Source: Octopus sinensis
Lineage: Eukaryota
Assembly: GCF_006345805.1 (NCBI RefSeq)
Contig: NC_043005.1
Span: 107,322,001-107,386,000 of the forward strand
DNA length: 64,000 bases
Direction: 5' to 3'
The translations under genes and the position numbers were made by a program. This document shows positions 24,311 to 38,439 of the stretch, piece after piece; position 1 is the first letter of the stretch, and each line of letters starts with the position of its first letter. The notes below the pieces were generated by a model, which had not been told where the DNA came from, searched no databases, and worked only from the letters and a program-made list of their open reading frames with translations.

Positions 24311-25597
24311 ATAACTGATATTTTCAACATTCTCTGGTTAACTAATCTCCATTAGAAGAAATGGCCTGTAACATTGCCTTATCTGATTTCGTCTAAAATA
24401 GTCGTGTCTATATTTCGAACTGTGACATCACTCCTCTTTATATTTGTTATTTTTGTCTTGGTCAAATGTGATAGCAGGAGTGGTCCTACGATCAAATTCA
24501 TTTCTACTGTATTCATTCGAAATTGTCCTTTATCAAGCTACACTATGTAGATTTTCCAGTCTATCACTCCTTTCTTTTTCTAAACGGTAGTGCTTAACTT
24601 GATGATTTAGCTATTATTTCTAGCAACTCGAACGATTAGCTGAAGACTCCATTTGTAGCTGCTGAACACTCACTGAATGAAAGTTATTTCGAAATGGGAG
24701 CTCAATAAGGATACCAGTGATTTCGAAAGAACAGCTTTGGTTTTGTTCAAAATGAAATAACTTGTTTAAATACTTACCACGTCTCACCTTAAGTAGTCTT
24801 CTCATTTCATTCAAGATGGTATCAAATACTTACAATGCTATTTGCTACTTTTGTGTCTAAGTAGTTGTAGAGATAGAATATATGTGAAGAAGTGTGAAGC
24901 TCGCTAAGTTATGAATAGGTTTTTGAAATAGGGGTGGGGCAGAATAAGTAATTATTTTCCTTATTTTCTACCGACCTCTTTCAATCCATTACATTGCACC
25001 ATCATTTTCTACCGTTGCAGTCTTTGGAAGGTAAGACTGGTGACCATAGTTGTAGTTGTTGAAGTTGAGAGTGTTTGAAACCAAGTCAGGTGACGTGCTT
25101 TTCAAGAAAGTTTTCCTCAAATTTGACACACTTTTAATTGTTGTTGCTAATAGAATATTTAAATAATTTTTAGTGATTTGCAATCGAAAATTTCTCTATG
25201 ATGGATTCCATGTTAATTCGTTCCCACACTAATGTCTAACTCAATACTTTACAAAGTTCAAAGAAATATTGTCTAAAGAGGGCAAATTAAGGAATGACTA
25301 ATTTCAATAATTTCTTCTCTTTAATTACATATATCAGTCACCCAAGCAGATTGCTAAAATCTATACAGAATAGATGCATGCTCCTTGTGAGATAATGATG
25401 GCATTGCCGTGATTCTTTGGTATAAGGTTTCATCGCTCAAAAAATCTCACATCAATATTGAGATATTTCAATTACTGGTATATGTTGGATGTGTCACATA
25501 TATATCAGGCATACAAACATGTTCAAGCACGCGTATACACACACACACACACACACACACACGCGCACGCATAAATATATATACATATATTTATACA

Positions 25598-26071
25598 TAA
25601 AGTATACTAGCCATCTCGATATGGCTAACCAATAAGGGTGGGTGTTACTGTAGCTTTTAGCCCTAGGAGATCATCGTCTCCAGCTGGCTTTAGGCACACT
25701 TTCTGTGCCCTTATGGTATTTGCAAAGGGAGGTCATCCCTCTCTCGTAAATCTAAGTTATACGCACGGACTGCAGTTTCTAGGTATTTGCCTGTCTTCGA
25801 CGTACGGCAGTCACCGGTTTACGATGAAAGGCAGACCTGTTTCATCGTAAACCGGTGACTGCCGTACGTCGAAGACAGGCAAATACCTAGAAACTGCAGT
25901 CCGTGCGTATAACTTATATTTACGAGAGAGGGATGACCACCCTTTGCAAATACCATAAGGGCACAGAAAGTGTGCCTAAAGCCAGCTGGAGACGATGTTC
26001 TCCTGGGGCTAAAAGCTACAGTAACACCCACCCTTATTGGTTAGCCATATTAAGATGGCTAGTATACTTTA
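25598..26071. mobile_element. Near-perfect 474-bp palindromic fold-back (MITE-like) element
   Basis: Arms 25598-25829 and 25840-26071, about 6 mismatches in 232 bp, 10-nt loop GGCAGACCTG; outermost bases TA at both ends. Confidence 0.85.
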
Positions 26072-26205
26072 CGCTGTCGAGCAGTTACTGTTTACATCTC
26101 GTTCAGAGATTTATTATTGCTATTTATACATAATTAAGGATTAATGATTTTATTAAGTTGCCGGCGTGAAATAAAACCATGTAAGTAACAATTTATACCA
26201 ATATA

Positions 26206-26554
26206 TAAAGGATGCGGATGAACCTCAACAACACGCTAGAAATAGACGTCCAATGGCTCTAAAAATCCCACCTACACTCCGTTAGCACAGTTTGAAAGCG
26301 AGCAGATGAATAAATAAGACTTTTGAAGAAAGGGTTAATTATAGATCGATTTCTAGCTCAGGGATGTAAAACCTTCTGCTGTCATCAGTATAATATACCC
26401 ATAGTATATAAATGCAAATATTTATAATTTAACTCTTTAAAAAAATCGTATTTATTCATCTGCTCGCTTTCAACCCGTGCCAATGTTACGTAGATGTTTA
26501 GAGCCATTTTGCGTCTATTTCTAGCATGTTCATGAGGGTTATCCGCAGCCTTTA
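26206..26554. mobile_element. MITE-like element with ~120-bp imperfect terminal inverted repeats
   Basis: TAAAGGATGCGG...GCTAGAAATAGACG...AAAGCGAGCAGATGAATAAATA mirrors 26437-26554. Flanks ATAA/TTAA are compatible with a TA or TTAA (Kolobok-like) target site. Confidence 0.7.
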
Positions 26555-26901
26555 ATATTATATATATATATATTATGTATACATATCTATATAAATATAT
26601 TTTAGCATATGTACATATATATGCATACATATGCATACACACACACATACTTATGTATATATACTTAGTATGTGTGTGTGTACGCGTATATATATAATAC
26701 ATACATAAATATGTGTGTAAAACATACAGAAACACACACACGTATATACGCATATCTCAATCTAAAAGTTGGTAGGTAAAAACGTAACAAAACAATAGAA
26801 CACTGGCAGAGAGAATTACATAGATATCAATGTGTATAGAAAAACTGAGTCTCTTACGGCAGTTTTTGCATTAGTTATGAAGACATGCATACGCCTGCAT
26901 G

Positions 26902-26960
<59 letters not shown>

Positions 26961-27418
26961 ACAGACATGTATGCATCTAGAGACATATGCACATACATAC
27001 GCACACTACTAATAGAGGATGAACATATTTTGTACGAACATGGTTCTGTTCATTCAATAGACTGGGCGCCGCGTATTGTTATCAGAGATAATTTTATCAA
27101 ACGGTTATTTTATCTAAAATTCTTACTCCGAATCTCTCACAATAAGTGGTTTCAGCTTTATATTATTAATTTCAAACGTGTGTATATCAGTCAATCAATT
27201 GACACATATATTAACAGCTTACGGAGTATAAGATATATATGAACGCAAATAAGTATGCACGAATATTTACATTCCTATGAACATACATAAATACAAATTT
27301 ACATTAATACACAAATGTCAGAGCATATATCTATTTGAAATATGTATACACCTAAATGTCAAAAATATATGCACAAATTAGAGAATGTTAGGTAAACGCC
27401 TCAAGATATGGATATTGG

Positions 27419-27930
27419 AGGCGTTGGAGTGGCTGTATGGTGAGAAATTTGTTTTCCAGCCATATGATTCTGGGTTCAGTCCTATTGCGTGGTACCTTAC
27501 GCAAGTGTCTTCTACAATAGCGTTTGATCGATCAAAACCTTCTGAGTGGAAGTGATTGACGGAAACTGAAAGAATCCTGTCGTATCTATACATAAGTAAG
27601 AGTATGTATGTTTGCATGTGTGCGTGTGTGTGAGAGAGAGAGAGTATGTGTGCGTGTGCATGTCTTTATGTATTTGTTTGTCTCCCACTACCGCTTGACA
27701 ACCGCTGTTGGTGTGTTTACGTTCTTTAATCTAACGGTTCGACAGGAGATCGATAGAATGAATACCAGGCTTTACAAATAAATAATAAATAAATAAATGA
27801 ATAAATAAATAAATGAATAAATAAATATATAAAATAGGAATTGGGATCGGTTCGTTCGACTCAAATTCTTCAAGGCGACGCTCCAGGATGGGCGCACTCT
27901 AATGAATGAAACAAGTAAAAGATAAAAGAT
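27419..27930 (+). mobile_element. CORE/OR2-like SINE, diverged
   Basis: Collinear with 22909-23320 (GCAAGTGTCTTCTAC, GACGGAAACTGAAAG, GAAACAAGTAAAAGA). Confidence 0.8.
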
Positions 27931-28398
27931 GTCCCAGGCTGTCGGCAAAGGTATTTTACTAAACTGAATTTGTCAACTCCAGGCCTACATTATGGATCCG
28001 AACGCAATTTGACTCACCATACTCACCAGAGGGTTTGCATTTTCATTTTTTATATTTTTGTTATTTATTTTATATCTTTTTTCTATTTAACTCTCGTAGA
28101 TTGGAATTACCATTCATCCATACTTCAAGCATGACTGAGTGGGGTATAAGTACATTATGTGTGTGGGTCTTCCTTTGTGTGCTGTATGTTGTGTGTGTGT
28201 GTGTGTGCGTGCCTGTGTGTGTGTTAGAGTGTGTGTGTATCTGTGTGTGTGTGCGCCTATGTCTGGTGTATGTTGAGAAAATATATACGTACGTACTGAC
28301 TGAAAAGGCAACCTATTATACGCAATCATAACTCGGTTAAATATCAAATCGCACAATAATATACATATTCACAGACATGCTCACATACGTATAAAATC

Positions 28399-28435
<37 letters not shown>

Positions 28436-28971
28436 ATATATAATATATATATATATTATATATATATATGCAGACATATATATATATCAATACACACACA
28501 TGCACACACACAGATACATATAGTAATTTATTTAAGCGACACAAAACAAATTGCACAAATTATGCCTTATATACAACCGAAACAGAAAATCTTCCACGAC
28601 CTGACAGGCACCGAGAGTATTGCCTACACCCATCAAGACCTTCCCCGCTATCCATCAGAGCCATTTCCGCATGCATGTCTCATGATATGCTCACACACAT
28701 TCTATTAACAATTCTTATTTACATAATTATATATAATGGCTAACTGACATCTTCAGAAACTAATTTACAAAGTCATTACTCAGAAACTCGTCGACTAACA
28801 AAATCACACACCTTCCTCTTTCCATAAGAAAAAAAAAACCGAACCATGAATTTTTACTCTGTAATTAAACCGACATACTCATATCTTTATTGAATTTCAA
28901 CAATATTTGTTATTTGTTATTTGTTCTTCATGTAATGAATGTATGTATATACAGGTTAGCACAAACACCCG

Positions 28972-29019
<48 letters not shown>

Positions 29020-29126
29020 GTATATGTATGCGTTTATAAATGTATACATATATATATGTATATATAAATATATGTACAAACTTATAATCCATATAGTTAT
29101 TTATGCATATATACATATATACATTT

Positions 29127-29194
<68 letters not shown>

Positions 29195-30282
29195 ATATAT
29201 AAATGTGTATGTGTATACATATATATATATAAACGTATAAAGACGCATACATATGCATATAGATGTATATGCGATGTGTATTTGTGTATACACTCACACA
29301 CGTCGGGTAAACGTTCGGGGAAAGTAATACATTTTTTTTCTATAATTATTGTATAGCATTTTTAGTTTTTACTATATTTAATATCATCTTTTAGATGTCT
29401 TGGAGTGGAGATGCGATAGAGTGAGGGAAATGCATAGATAATTATAAAAATAAAACATACAACACAGTAAGAGGAAGAAAACCCTGCAGGGAAGTTGTCA
29501 ACTCTAGAATTATTAACACTCTAGAATGCATCCGATAAATGATTGTCATCCAAACTAAAAGACTCACTTAACATACCGCAATAGAATGAAATGGCATTTT
29601 TGTCCGACCTCAATTTTTGGATACGATTTCGAGAAACAAATATCTCACTCTTTTCTGAAGTTTGAAACTAAATGTGGTGTTATTGTATATTTATACAATC
29701 ACTAAGATTTTTGTGGTTTTTCTTTGCAGTTTCATTGCCTTCCTTTTTTGTTTCATTTATATATATTTCGAAATATTTTCAGCAACATTGAGTTACTACC
29801 ATTGTTATTATGATTCTTCTGGAGGACCTACCGTTCAATAATGTTTAAATTATTGATTTTGTTGTTTATACAACTTGTTTTCGTTAATTCGGTAATTTCA
29901 ACAGATTTTTTTTCCATAAATCTGTATTTGTTAGTGTATTTATGCATATATAACGGCCTCAACAGAATTTCACACATTGCCATAGTCTGATTGTTCTCTC
30001 AAAGTTGCATGGACGTAGGTCTTTTGCTCCTGCTAATAATGGTTTCTGCGAGTTAGTACGCAGGATGGCTCATGCTTTCATTCTGTCGTGGAATATTCCA
30101 TTGAGCTTTTGCCATTTTTCGAATACGGTCATCCATAGTATGCAACATAATAACGGTGTCAAAATTTAAACAACGTTGGTGTCTGAACTTCTTAAAGTAT
30201 GGAAAGCAGCTGTACAGGTCTAATCTGCATTCCTGAAAAAAACACAAAAACGTATGCGTTTGATAGAGAGCGAGACTATCTA

Positions 30283-30331
<49 letters not shown>

Positions 30332-30685
30332 AGAGAAAGAGAGAGAGAAAGTGGGATATTCAGATAAAACTATGTGTGTATGTCCCTGGGATCATTGTGG
30401 TCTTCATCACTGTTTACAATTATCTTTAAAAAGTCTTTTGAATGCATTATATAGATGTAATTTTTGACCCCGAATCCGAATTTGTTTTTATTTATTCTGG
30501 AAAAATTTTGCAAAAATGCTAAACGTATCCAAAGTCTGATAATTTTCAGAATTTTGAACCTGTCAGAAAACTGCAAGTTCGCTGTATATTCCATCATCAG
30601 TGGTGAGGGAGCATCGGTATGTCAAAACATTAAACTAGGATTTTATAAAATAAATTATATTTCTCGTATCTTCTGCTCCTCCTCG

Positions 30686-30780
30686 TGCGCATGCGCAGCA
30701 TCTTTGGTTACTATGGAAACAGTTTTTCGCAATCAGCTATGCAACACGTGGTGCGCCTTTGTTTTGGTTACTATTGAAAT
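30686..30780. promoter_or_regulatory. Candidate promoter module: NRF1 site and RFX X-boxes
   Basis: TGCGCATGCGCA (30686-30697), GTTACTATGGAAAC (30707-30720), CACGTG (~30745-30750) and a degenerate GTTACTATTGAAAT (30767-30780) in a CpG-containing patch. Confidence 0.5.
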
Positions 30781-31134
30781 AGAACTTTTCTCAATGGTGA
30801 TACGTAAAATGCTCTTTTCTGATTTGCTAAAATTCCCAAATTTTGCAAATTGTGAAGGCTAATAACCTTTTAATTACGGATTTATACGTAAAATGAATTT
30901 CATTTCCATAATTTGTACACAGGACTTTATCCATGTACCAAATTTGAAAACAATTGAAGCAAAACTGTAAACAGTGACATAAACCACAAATATCTTGTCT
31001 TTGTCACAGAATAATCTCAGAATTTTTAAGTTCTATTAATTTATTCTAAATCACCTTGATCATCTTGACCGACCAGTCCGTCGGTCACAGCCCGCTGTCC
31101 ACTCCTCTCTGGATCGCGCCTTATTCTACATCTT

Positions 31135-31555
31135 TTGTATTTTTTTATTTTTTTATTTTACAGGTTTCAGTCATTTGACTGCTGCCATGCTGGATCACCG
31201 CCTTTAATCGAGCAACTCGACCCCGGGACTTATTCTTTTATAAGCCCAGTACTTATTCTATCGGTCTCTTTTGCCGAACCGCTAAGTGGCGGGGACATAA
31301 ACACACCAGCATCAGTTGTCAAGCGATGTTGGGGAGACAAATACAGACATACAAATATATACGCACACGTATATATATATATACATATATACGACGGGCG
31401 TCTTTCAGTTTCCGTCTACCAAATCCACTCACAAGGCATTGGTCGGCCCGAGGCTATAGTAGAAGACACTAGCCCAAGGTGCCACGCAGTGGGACTGAAC
31501 CCGGAACCATGTGGTTAGTAAACAGGCTACTTACCACACAGCCACTCCTGCGCCT
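31135..31555 (-). mobile_element. CORE/OR2-like SINE
   Basis: Close reverse complement of 22909-23320. Confidence 0.85.
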
Positions 31556-32870
31556 ATAGCCACATTTTCTATTTAAATTGAAAAGTTGATTACTTCAAAC
31601 ATTAGATCCAGAAGAATGCATGCGATGCATTTGCTACTTTCCTCGTAAGATGGTTGAATAGGGTCAGATGATTGACTTTGTTGGTTATCGTATGATTTAA
31701 TTCAATTTGACTTGGCACGACTTGAACTAGTGATTTGCACACATTTACATTCCAGCAATTGTTCTCTTCACAACTGAATACTAGAATATTTTCCTTTTCA
31801 CCACAGTCATTCAACTCCCCAAATAACATTTAGCGTTCTCTATTATTTCTAATATTATTTTTAATAGAAAATGAATGATTACATAAAAAAATATAAAGAT
31901 ATAAGTAACGAACATATATTTATATGTGCGCGCATGTGTATACAAACAGAAAACATCATAAAACTAACAGAAACTTAATACAAAACGTTACAATTGAAAG
32001 TATATCTAGAAGGTGATTAATTTTCAAATGACTAAAATTCTGTACTGATTTTCAAAGAAACCCAAATTCGGAGGTGAAATAATGCATTTATTTTTAAATT
32101 TTATATTTCAATAATTTGTATTTATATGTTTTTCATTCTATATCGATTTCAATATTTTTTTCCATTTCTTTCTTGTTTACTGTAAACATTCTTCACATTG
32201 ATCTTTTTATAATATTTTGTTTTCTTTGCGTACAATATTACAATTCTTAAAATACTTCTGTCTTCATAATGCCATTATTTTTGTTGCCATCATTTATCAT
32301 TTTCTCTATTTCATTTTTGAATTCCCGTCTATGGTGTTAATAAATAAATATATAAAAATGAACAAAGGAAAACATTTTCAAATATGAACTATAAAAAAAA
32401 TGTGAATAAATATTTAAAAAGAATCAATATGAAATCAATACAGACATACAAGCCTAAAGTTTTTGTCTTTAATATTGTTCGTATATAGGAAATGGTAAGT
32501 TATCAGACTTTATGGTGTCATTCATGATTTATATTGTAAAATTTCTCCGACCAGCGCTTACCACTTGAGAATAGTAATTGTTAATTTGAAATTCTATAAT
32601 ATATTGGAAGAATCAAGTGGCAGCTACAGTATCAACCGAGGGATTGGGTGGTGGGATAATTATCTCATGAAGCTTTACTTGTCATCCTTCAGTTGCTAAA
32701 AATTGGGTTTATAACCCTAAAATTATCATTTTTTTTTCAGAAGTCTAAAATATATATTCGAGATAAATACGCTGACACAAACACACACACACAAAGAATA
32801 TATATGTATGTCATATATTAAAAAAATTATTCATACACATACATACATATATGTGCATGGAAGCATGCAC

Positions 32871-32927
<57 letters not shown>

Positions 32928-33007
32928 GTGCGTGTGTGCGTGTGTGTGCGTGTGATATGTACGTATTTATGCATATGTATTTAGGTGTATAGATATACAT
33001 ATATGAT

Positions 33008-33308
33008 GACAGACTCTCCCATCGAAGACGATGTGTGAGTGTTCAATCTTTGCCGAATGACCTGCACAAATGGTTTTATTTTATAGTGATCAAATGAATG
33101 TGTTGTACATCAGCTCAGTCCTTCCATATCAAATCGACGAGGCCTGAATAGGTGCCCGGTGTACCACGCATCAGCTTCCCAAGTGATCGCAGATCAACGT
33201 GAGATTGAATATTTTGTTCAAGAACATAGTGTACCACTCGGTCTAGGAATTGAAACCACAATCTCACGATCATGAGTGCAACACTCTAACACGAGGCCAT
33301 GCTGCGCC
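33008..33308 (-). mobile_element. tRNA-derived SINE, diverged
   Basis: Reverse-complement head GGCGCAGCATGGCCTCGTGTTAGAG...GGTTTCAATTCC; similar to 14215-14428. Confidence 0.65.
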
Positions 33309-33396
33309 CTCATATATATATATGTATATATATTTATACATATATATATATATATACAATCATATATATTATATATATACATATATATTTATATAC

Positions 33397-33525
<129 letters not shown>

Positions 33526-34043
33526 TAGATAGATAGATAGATAGATAAGTGTGTGTGTCTGTGATTTCTATTGTCCTGCTTTCTCTATCTCTTATCAGTG
33601 GTTTCTGCTGATGAGAACCAGCTGATCTCACCTTCATTTTAAGTACTAAATTTTTTTAATCCTCTTCTTCACCCAATCGCCATATTATGTCCAATACCAA
33701 ACAATGACTCTTTGGAATTTTCTACCAATTACTTTTTTCTTGATAACAAATTTGTAAATGCGGAAATAGAATACATGCCGGATCTCAGCAGATACCATGC
33801 TGATGTGATGGACATGGTGTGGGATAAGTCTATGATTCACGCAGACCATTCAGATTAAAAAAGGAAATAAAATATCAAAAATTACAGCAGTTCGGAACTG
33901 TGCAAGACTGAATTTTATTTTTTATTATATATCTATACAACTATAATTTACGATATGTGTGTGTGCGTGTGTGTGTGTGTGCGTACGTGCGTGTGAGTTT
34001 GTATAAGTTGGTAAATCGTATAGTATATAACTGGTAGTTTGTC

Positions 34044-34517
34044 GTTTGGCATTTGATTAATGGGAGAGACGGGATATGGAAGATACTAAGATCTTTATTG
34101 ATCTCTATAATTCATTTGACTAATCAAGAGGCATCGATATCTCGAAGATGGAATTCAGAACATCTGGTTTACGCGCACGCATCGATATTGATGTGTTTCC
34201 ATATCTGATTTGTATAGATAACTCGTTAACATAAACTCTGTTTCTCTAGATTGCTTCTTGGTCTTCCTGTATATAATTTCATTCTTAATTTGTCACTTCT
34301 ATATACGAATATGATGAAGAAATCTTGCAAAACAGTTTATTTTAACGAGATACCTACTGAAACCAACTCAGAAGACACATCTCCACCGATGGATTCACCT
34401 AAGCCAAATGTTCAGAATGCCACTGTTCGATGCTAGATGGGTCGAAACAACCGTAGTGATCAATAAATATTCTCGTGTCTTCCATATTCCGTTTCTCACA
34501 TTAATCAAACACCACAC
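34044..34517. repeat. Element with ~120-bp imperfect terminal inverted arms between microsatellites
   Basis: TTTGATTAATGGGAGAGACGGGATATGGAAGATACTAAGATCTTTATTGATC mirrors GATCAATAAATATTCTCGTGTCTTCCATATTCCGTTTCTCACATTAATCAAA; weaker similarity continues inward. Confidence 0.7.
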
Positions 34518-34530
34518 ACACACATATATA

Positions 34531-34582
<52 letters not shown>

Positions 34583-34640
34583 GCAAAAATGTATATATGT
34601 GAATATATGTATATATACATAGACATACGTCTATATGTGT

Positions 34641-34701
<61 letters not shown>

Positions 34702-35096
34702 GATTGATTCTAGTTTCAGCTCATGAGCTGTGGCCATGCTGGGGCACCGCCATTATATATATATATGTGTGTGTGAGTATATATATGTATATATATATAT
34801 GCATATATAAATATATGAGATAAGCTCAAGTTTATATCATTTGTTCCTGTACACGTTACAGCGTATTGTACTTATCACAACGGATTTTCAGGGAATACTT
34901 CACTGCGCTACGCTAAAGGATATCTTGTATTGAAACTTGTGTTTATCAGGATTTCTCTGACATTTGCTCTGTTTATCATAACCAGTAGTTCTACTAAATA
35001 CTCTCCCTGATAAACGACTGTACTAGTAGTAGACGGAAGGAAGATGATTAAAGCAGAGCTCTGATTTCAAAAGTAGAGGTCGTACATAGAAGTATG

Positions 35097-35181
<85 letters not shown>

Positions 35182-35494
35182 TAAATTAGAGATAAAAACC
35201 ACTATTAGGCAAATCAAACAGTGAAAAACTTCAGGCAATACATAAAATATAAAAGTTAAAAATTAAAAATTATATAAATAATTTAAATTTATAAATTTTA
35301 AATATATATATATATCTGTATGTATATTTTTATATTTCTATATTATTTTTTTATTAATTAATTAATTAATTAATTTATTTATTTATTTATATATAATTTA
35401 ATATAATATAATATATTTATACTATAAAATTGGATTTAATCCTAAATCTAATTTTTCCATGTAAGTTTGGATTTATTCCCTAATATTATTATTA

Positions 35495-35558
<64 letters not shown>

Positions 35559-35618
35559 TTCTATCGTATTTTAGTAGATATACATATATATATGCCTGTG
35601 TGCACTCAAAGATATGAT

Positions 35619-35820
35619 ATGTACGAGGTCAAATGAATAAGTATCGGAGCTGTTGCGATAGTAACGAAGTTAAAGCATACAGAGTGAAGCCGCTTGGCAC
35701 AGATTCGCCTTGAAAACTGCTGTGCATGCGCAATATGCTTTAATGTTCTAGCTCCCCTCCGCTGTTTACAGTAATGCTTGGAAGGAAGGTGTGTAGCGTA
35801 GGATCTTTGCATTGATTATG
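35619..35820 (+). mobile_element. Possible mariner-type terminal segment
   Basis: Begins TACGAGG..., a terminus style common in mariner elements. No transposase or partner TIR seen. Confidence 0.35.
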
Positions 35821-35903
35821 ATAGTTGAGTAGAGAATCAGTCCAGATATTATTGACCAGACCACGTGTGTAAATATTTATATATATATCCATCTACCGAA
35901 TAT

Positions 35904-35947
<44 letters not shown>

Positions 35948-36083
35948 ATATATATATATATATATATATATTTTATAGAAGGTGCTTCTATAAAATAAGC
36001 TCCTTCTATAAAATAAATTAATTTACTCTGCTATGTATTGAGTACCTTATTTACTGTGGTTAACCCCGACTCAACCCGGGACC

Positions 36084-36133
<50 letters not shown>

Positions 36134-36159
36134 TTGTTCACTTGTAAAGAACCCCATAG

Positions 36160-36464
36160 GACGTGAATGGCCATGGGATTGCATCTAGAAAGTAACACTC
36201 CGAGGTACAAGTCCAGGTAAATTTGAAAATGGAAGAACAACATGTATAACATGTATAAGATCCTCTCCTCTCCACGCCACTGATTTTATCCAATGGAAAA
36301 TCAAATGTCGATGCAAATCGGTACCAGTGGCGTCGCAACACCTTTCTACAGCTGCGTGAACTGAAGCAACGTGGAACGAAGTGTTTTGCTGAAGAACAAA
36401 ATATACAACCCTGTCCGACTACCTCACGATTGTGATCCCCATGCTCTAACCACTCGGACATGCG
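36160..36464 (-). mobile_element. tRNA-derived SINE sharing its tail with 1-515
   Basis: Head CGCATGTCCGAGTGGTTAGAGC; tail GGATAAAATCAGTGGCGTGGAGAGG...CTCGGAGTGTTACTTTCTAGATGCAATCCCATGG. Confidence 0.7.
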
Positions 36465-36489
36465 TAATTATTTGATATAAAGTTTCATA

Positions 36490-36704
36490 AAGCGGCGGCA
36501 TGGCAGAAATGTTAGCACATTGGGTGAAATGCTTAGCGGTATTCCATCTGTCTTTACGTTCTGGGTTCAAATTCCGCCGGGGAAGACTTTGCTTTTCATC
36601 CTTTCGGGGTCGATAAATTAAGTACCAGTTGCGTATTGGGGTCGATTAGATCGACTGGCGTCACTCTCGCAAGCAAAGTATCGGTCCTTGTGCCTAGTGT
36701 AGAA
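36490..36704 (+). mobile_element. tRNA-derived SINE (AAGGCGG family), head-to-head with the preceding SINE
   Basis: GAAATGCTTAGCGGTATT...GGGTTCAAATTCCGCCG...CTTTTCATCCTTTCGGGGTCGATAAATTAAGTACCAG. Confidence 0.8.
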
Positions 36705-36933
36705 CTGAAAATATAGTTTCACAAAAAATTGATTAAAAAATTCCTTTTAGTCAAAACCATGAAATATTTCAACAGAGCGATTATCAATCCTTGTTTCTTT
36801 CGATGGAATATCACTGAGGGGAGTTAATATACAGACTAGAAATAAGAATACGCATTAATACGTCCATGTATATCTATATATATGTATATATATATATATA
36901 TATATCTTCATATATATATATATATATATATAT

Positions 36934-36957
36934 GTACGTATATGTGCGTATGTATGC

Positions 36958-36988
<31 letters not shown>

Positions 36989-37539
36989 AGTGTAATATGT
37001 GTATGTTTGCCTTTGAAGATGTGTGTCTATACACATACATACAAATCATACACTCATGTATATACATCACACATATTCATAATAAAATATATATATGTGT
37101 GTCACCACAGGGAAGTTTTCATCACTAATACGTATGCAAGTGATAAAGGATCCTAGAATCTTGATAATATACGCATTCTGTCATTGCTCAAATCCCGGTG
37201 AAAAATGATTTGCCAGAAAATTATTGGTTTCACAAATGGGTAGATATCAATACTTATAATGCATAAAAAGTATTTATCGAGAAACGTCTATAGAAAAAGG
37301 ATTCATATAAATAAAATCCATAACAAATTTTCTCTAAAAATTACTTAAAAGAAATCTTTGAACGCATGAAAATGAATATATATATCAGAAAAACAAATTA
37401 TATATAAAATGGTTTTTCCTCGCCATGTTGCCCGCAATGCGTAGTACATATGAAATTTGAAGAAGTTTTTTTCTTTTGAGTGTGAAAACATACATATATG
37501 CATACGTATATACATACATATACACAAACATATATGTAT

Positions 37540-37607
<68 letters not shown>

Positions 37608-37628
37608 CGTATATGTGCGTATGTATGC

Positions 37629-37663
<35 letters not shown>

Positions 37664-38229
37664 AGTGTAATATGTGTATGTTTGCCTTTGAAGATGTGTG
37701 TCTATACACATACATACAAATCATACACTCATGTATATACATCACACATATTCATAATAAAATATATATATGTGTGTCACCACAGGGAAGTTTTCATCAC
37801 TAATACGTATGCAAGTGATAAAGGATCCTAGAATCTTGATAATATACGCATTCTGTCATTGCTCAAATCCCGGTGAAAAATGATTTGCCAGAAAATTATT
37901 GGTTTCACAAATGGGTAGATATCAATACTTATAATGCATAAAAAGTATTTATCGAGAAACGTCTATAGAAAAAGGATTCATATAAATAAAATCCATAACA
38001 AATTTTCTCTAAAAAATTACTTAAAAGAAATCTTTGAACGCATGAAAATGAATATATATATCAGAAAAACAAATTATATATAAAATGGTTTTTCCTCGCC
38101 ATGTTGCCCGCAATGCGTAGTACATATGAAATTTGAAGAAGTTTTTTTCTTTTGAGTGTGAAAACATACATATATGCATACGTACATACATACATATACA
38201 CAAACATATATGTATTTATATGTATATAT
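36934..38229. repeat. Near-identical tandem duplication, ~675-bp period, junctions in (TA)n
   Basis: 36934-37550 repeats at 37605-38229. ORF-track peptides recur with 675-676-bp offsets. Confidence 0.9.
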
Positions 38230-38245
38230 ATATATATATATATTA

Positions 38246-38346
<101 letters not shown>

Positions 38347-38408
38347 GTGTGTATGTATATGCATAAATATACACAGAAAGACAGGCACACACACATATGT
38401 ATATTATA

Positions 38409-38439
<31 letters not shown>

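Noticed and set aside
25638-26031. Two nearly identical 70-aa ORFs on opposite strands
   Set aside because: A by-product of the palindrome, with non-ATG starts and no domain.
33607-33630. CTGATGA motifs at ~33608, ~39993 and ~47997
   Set aside because: No stem II closed by GAAA downstream; chance 7-mers.
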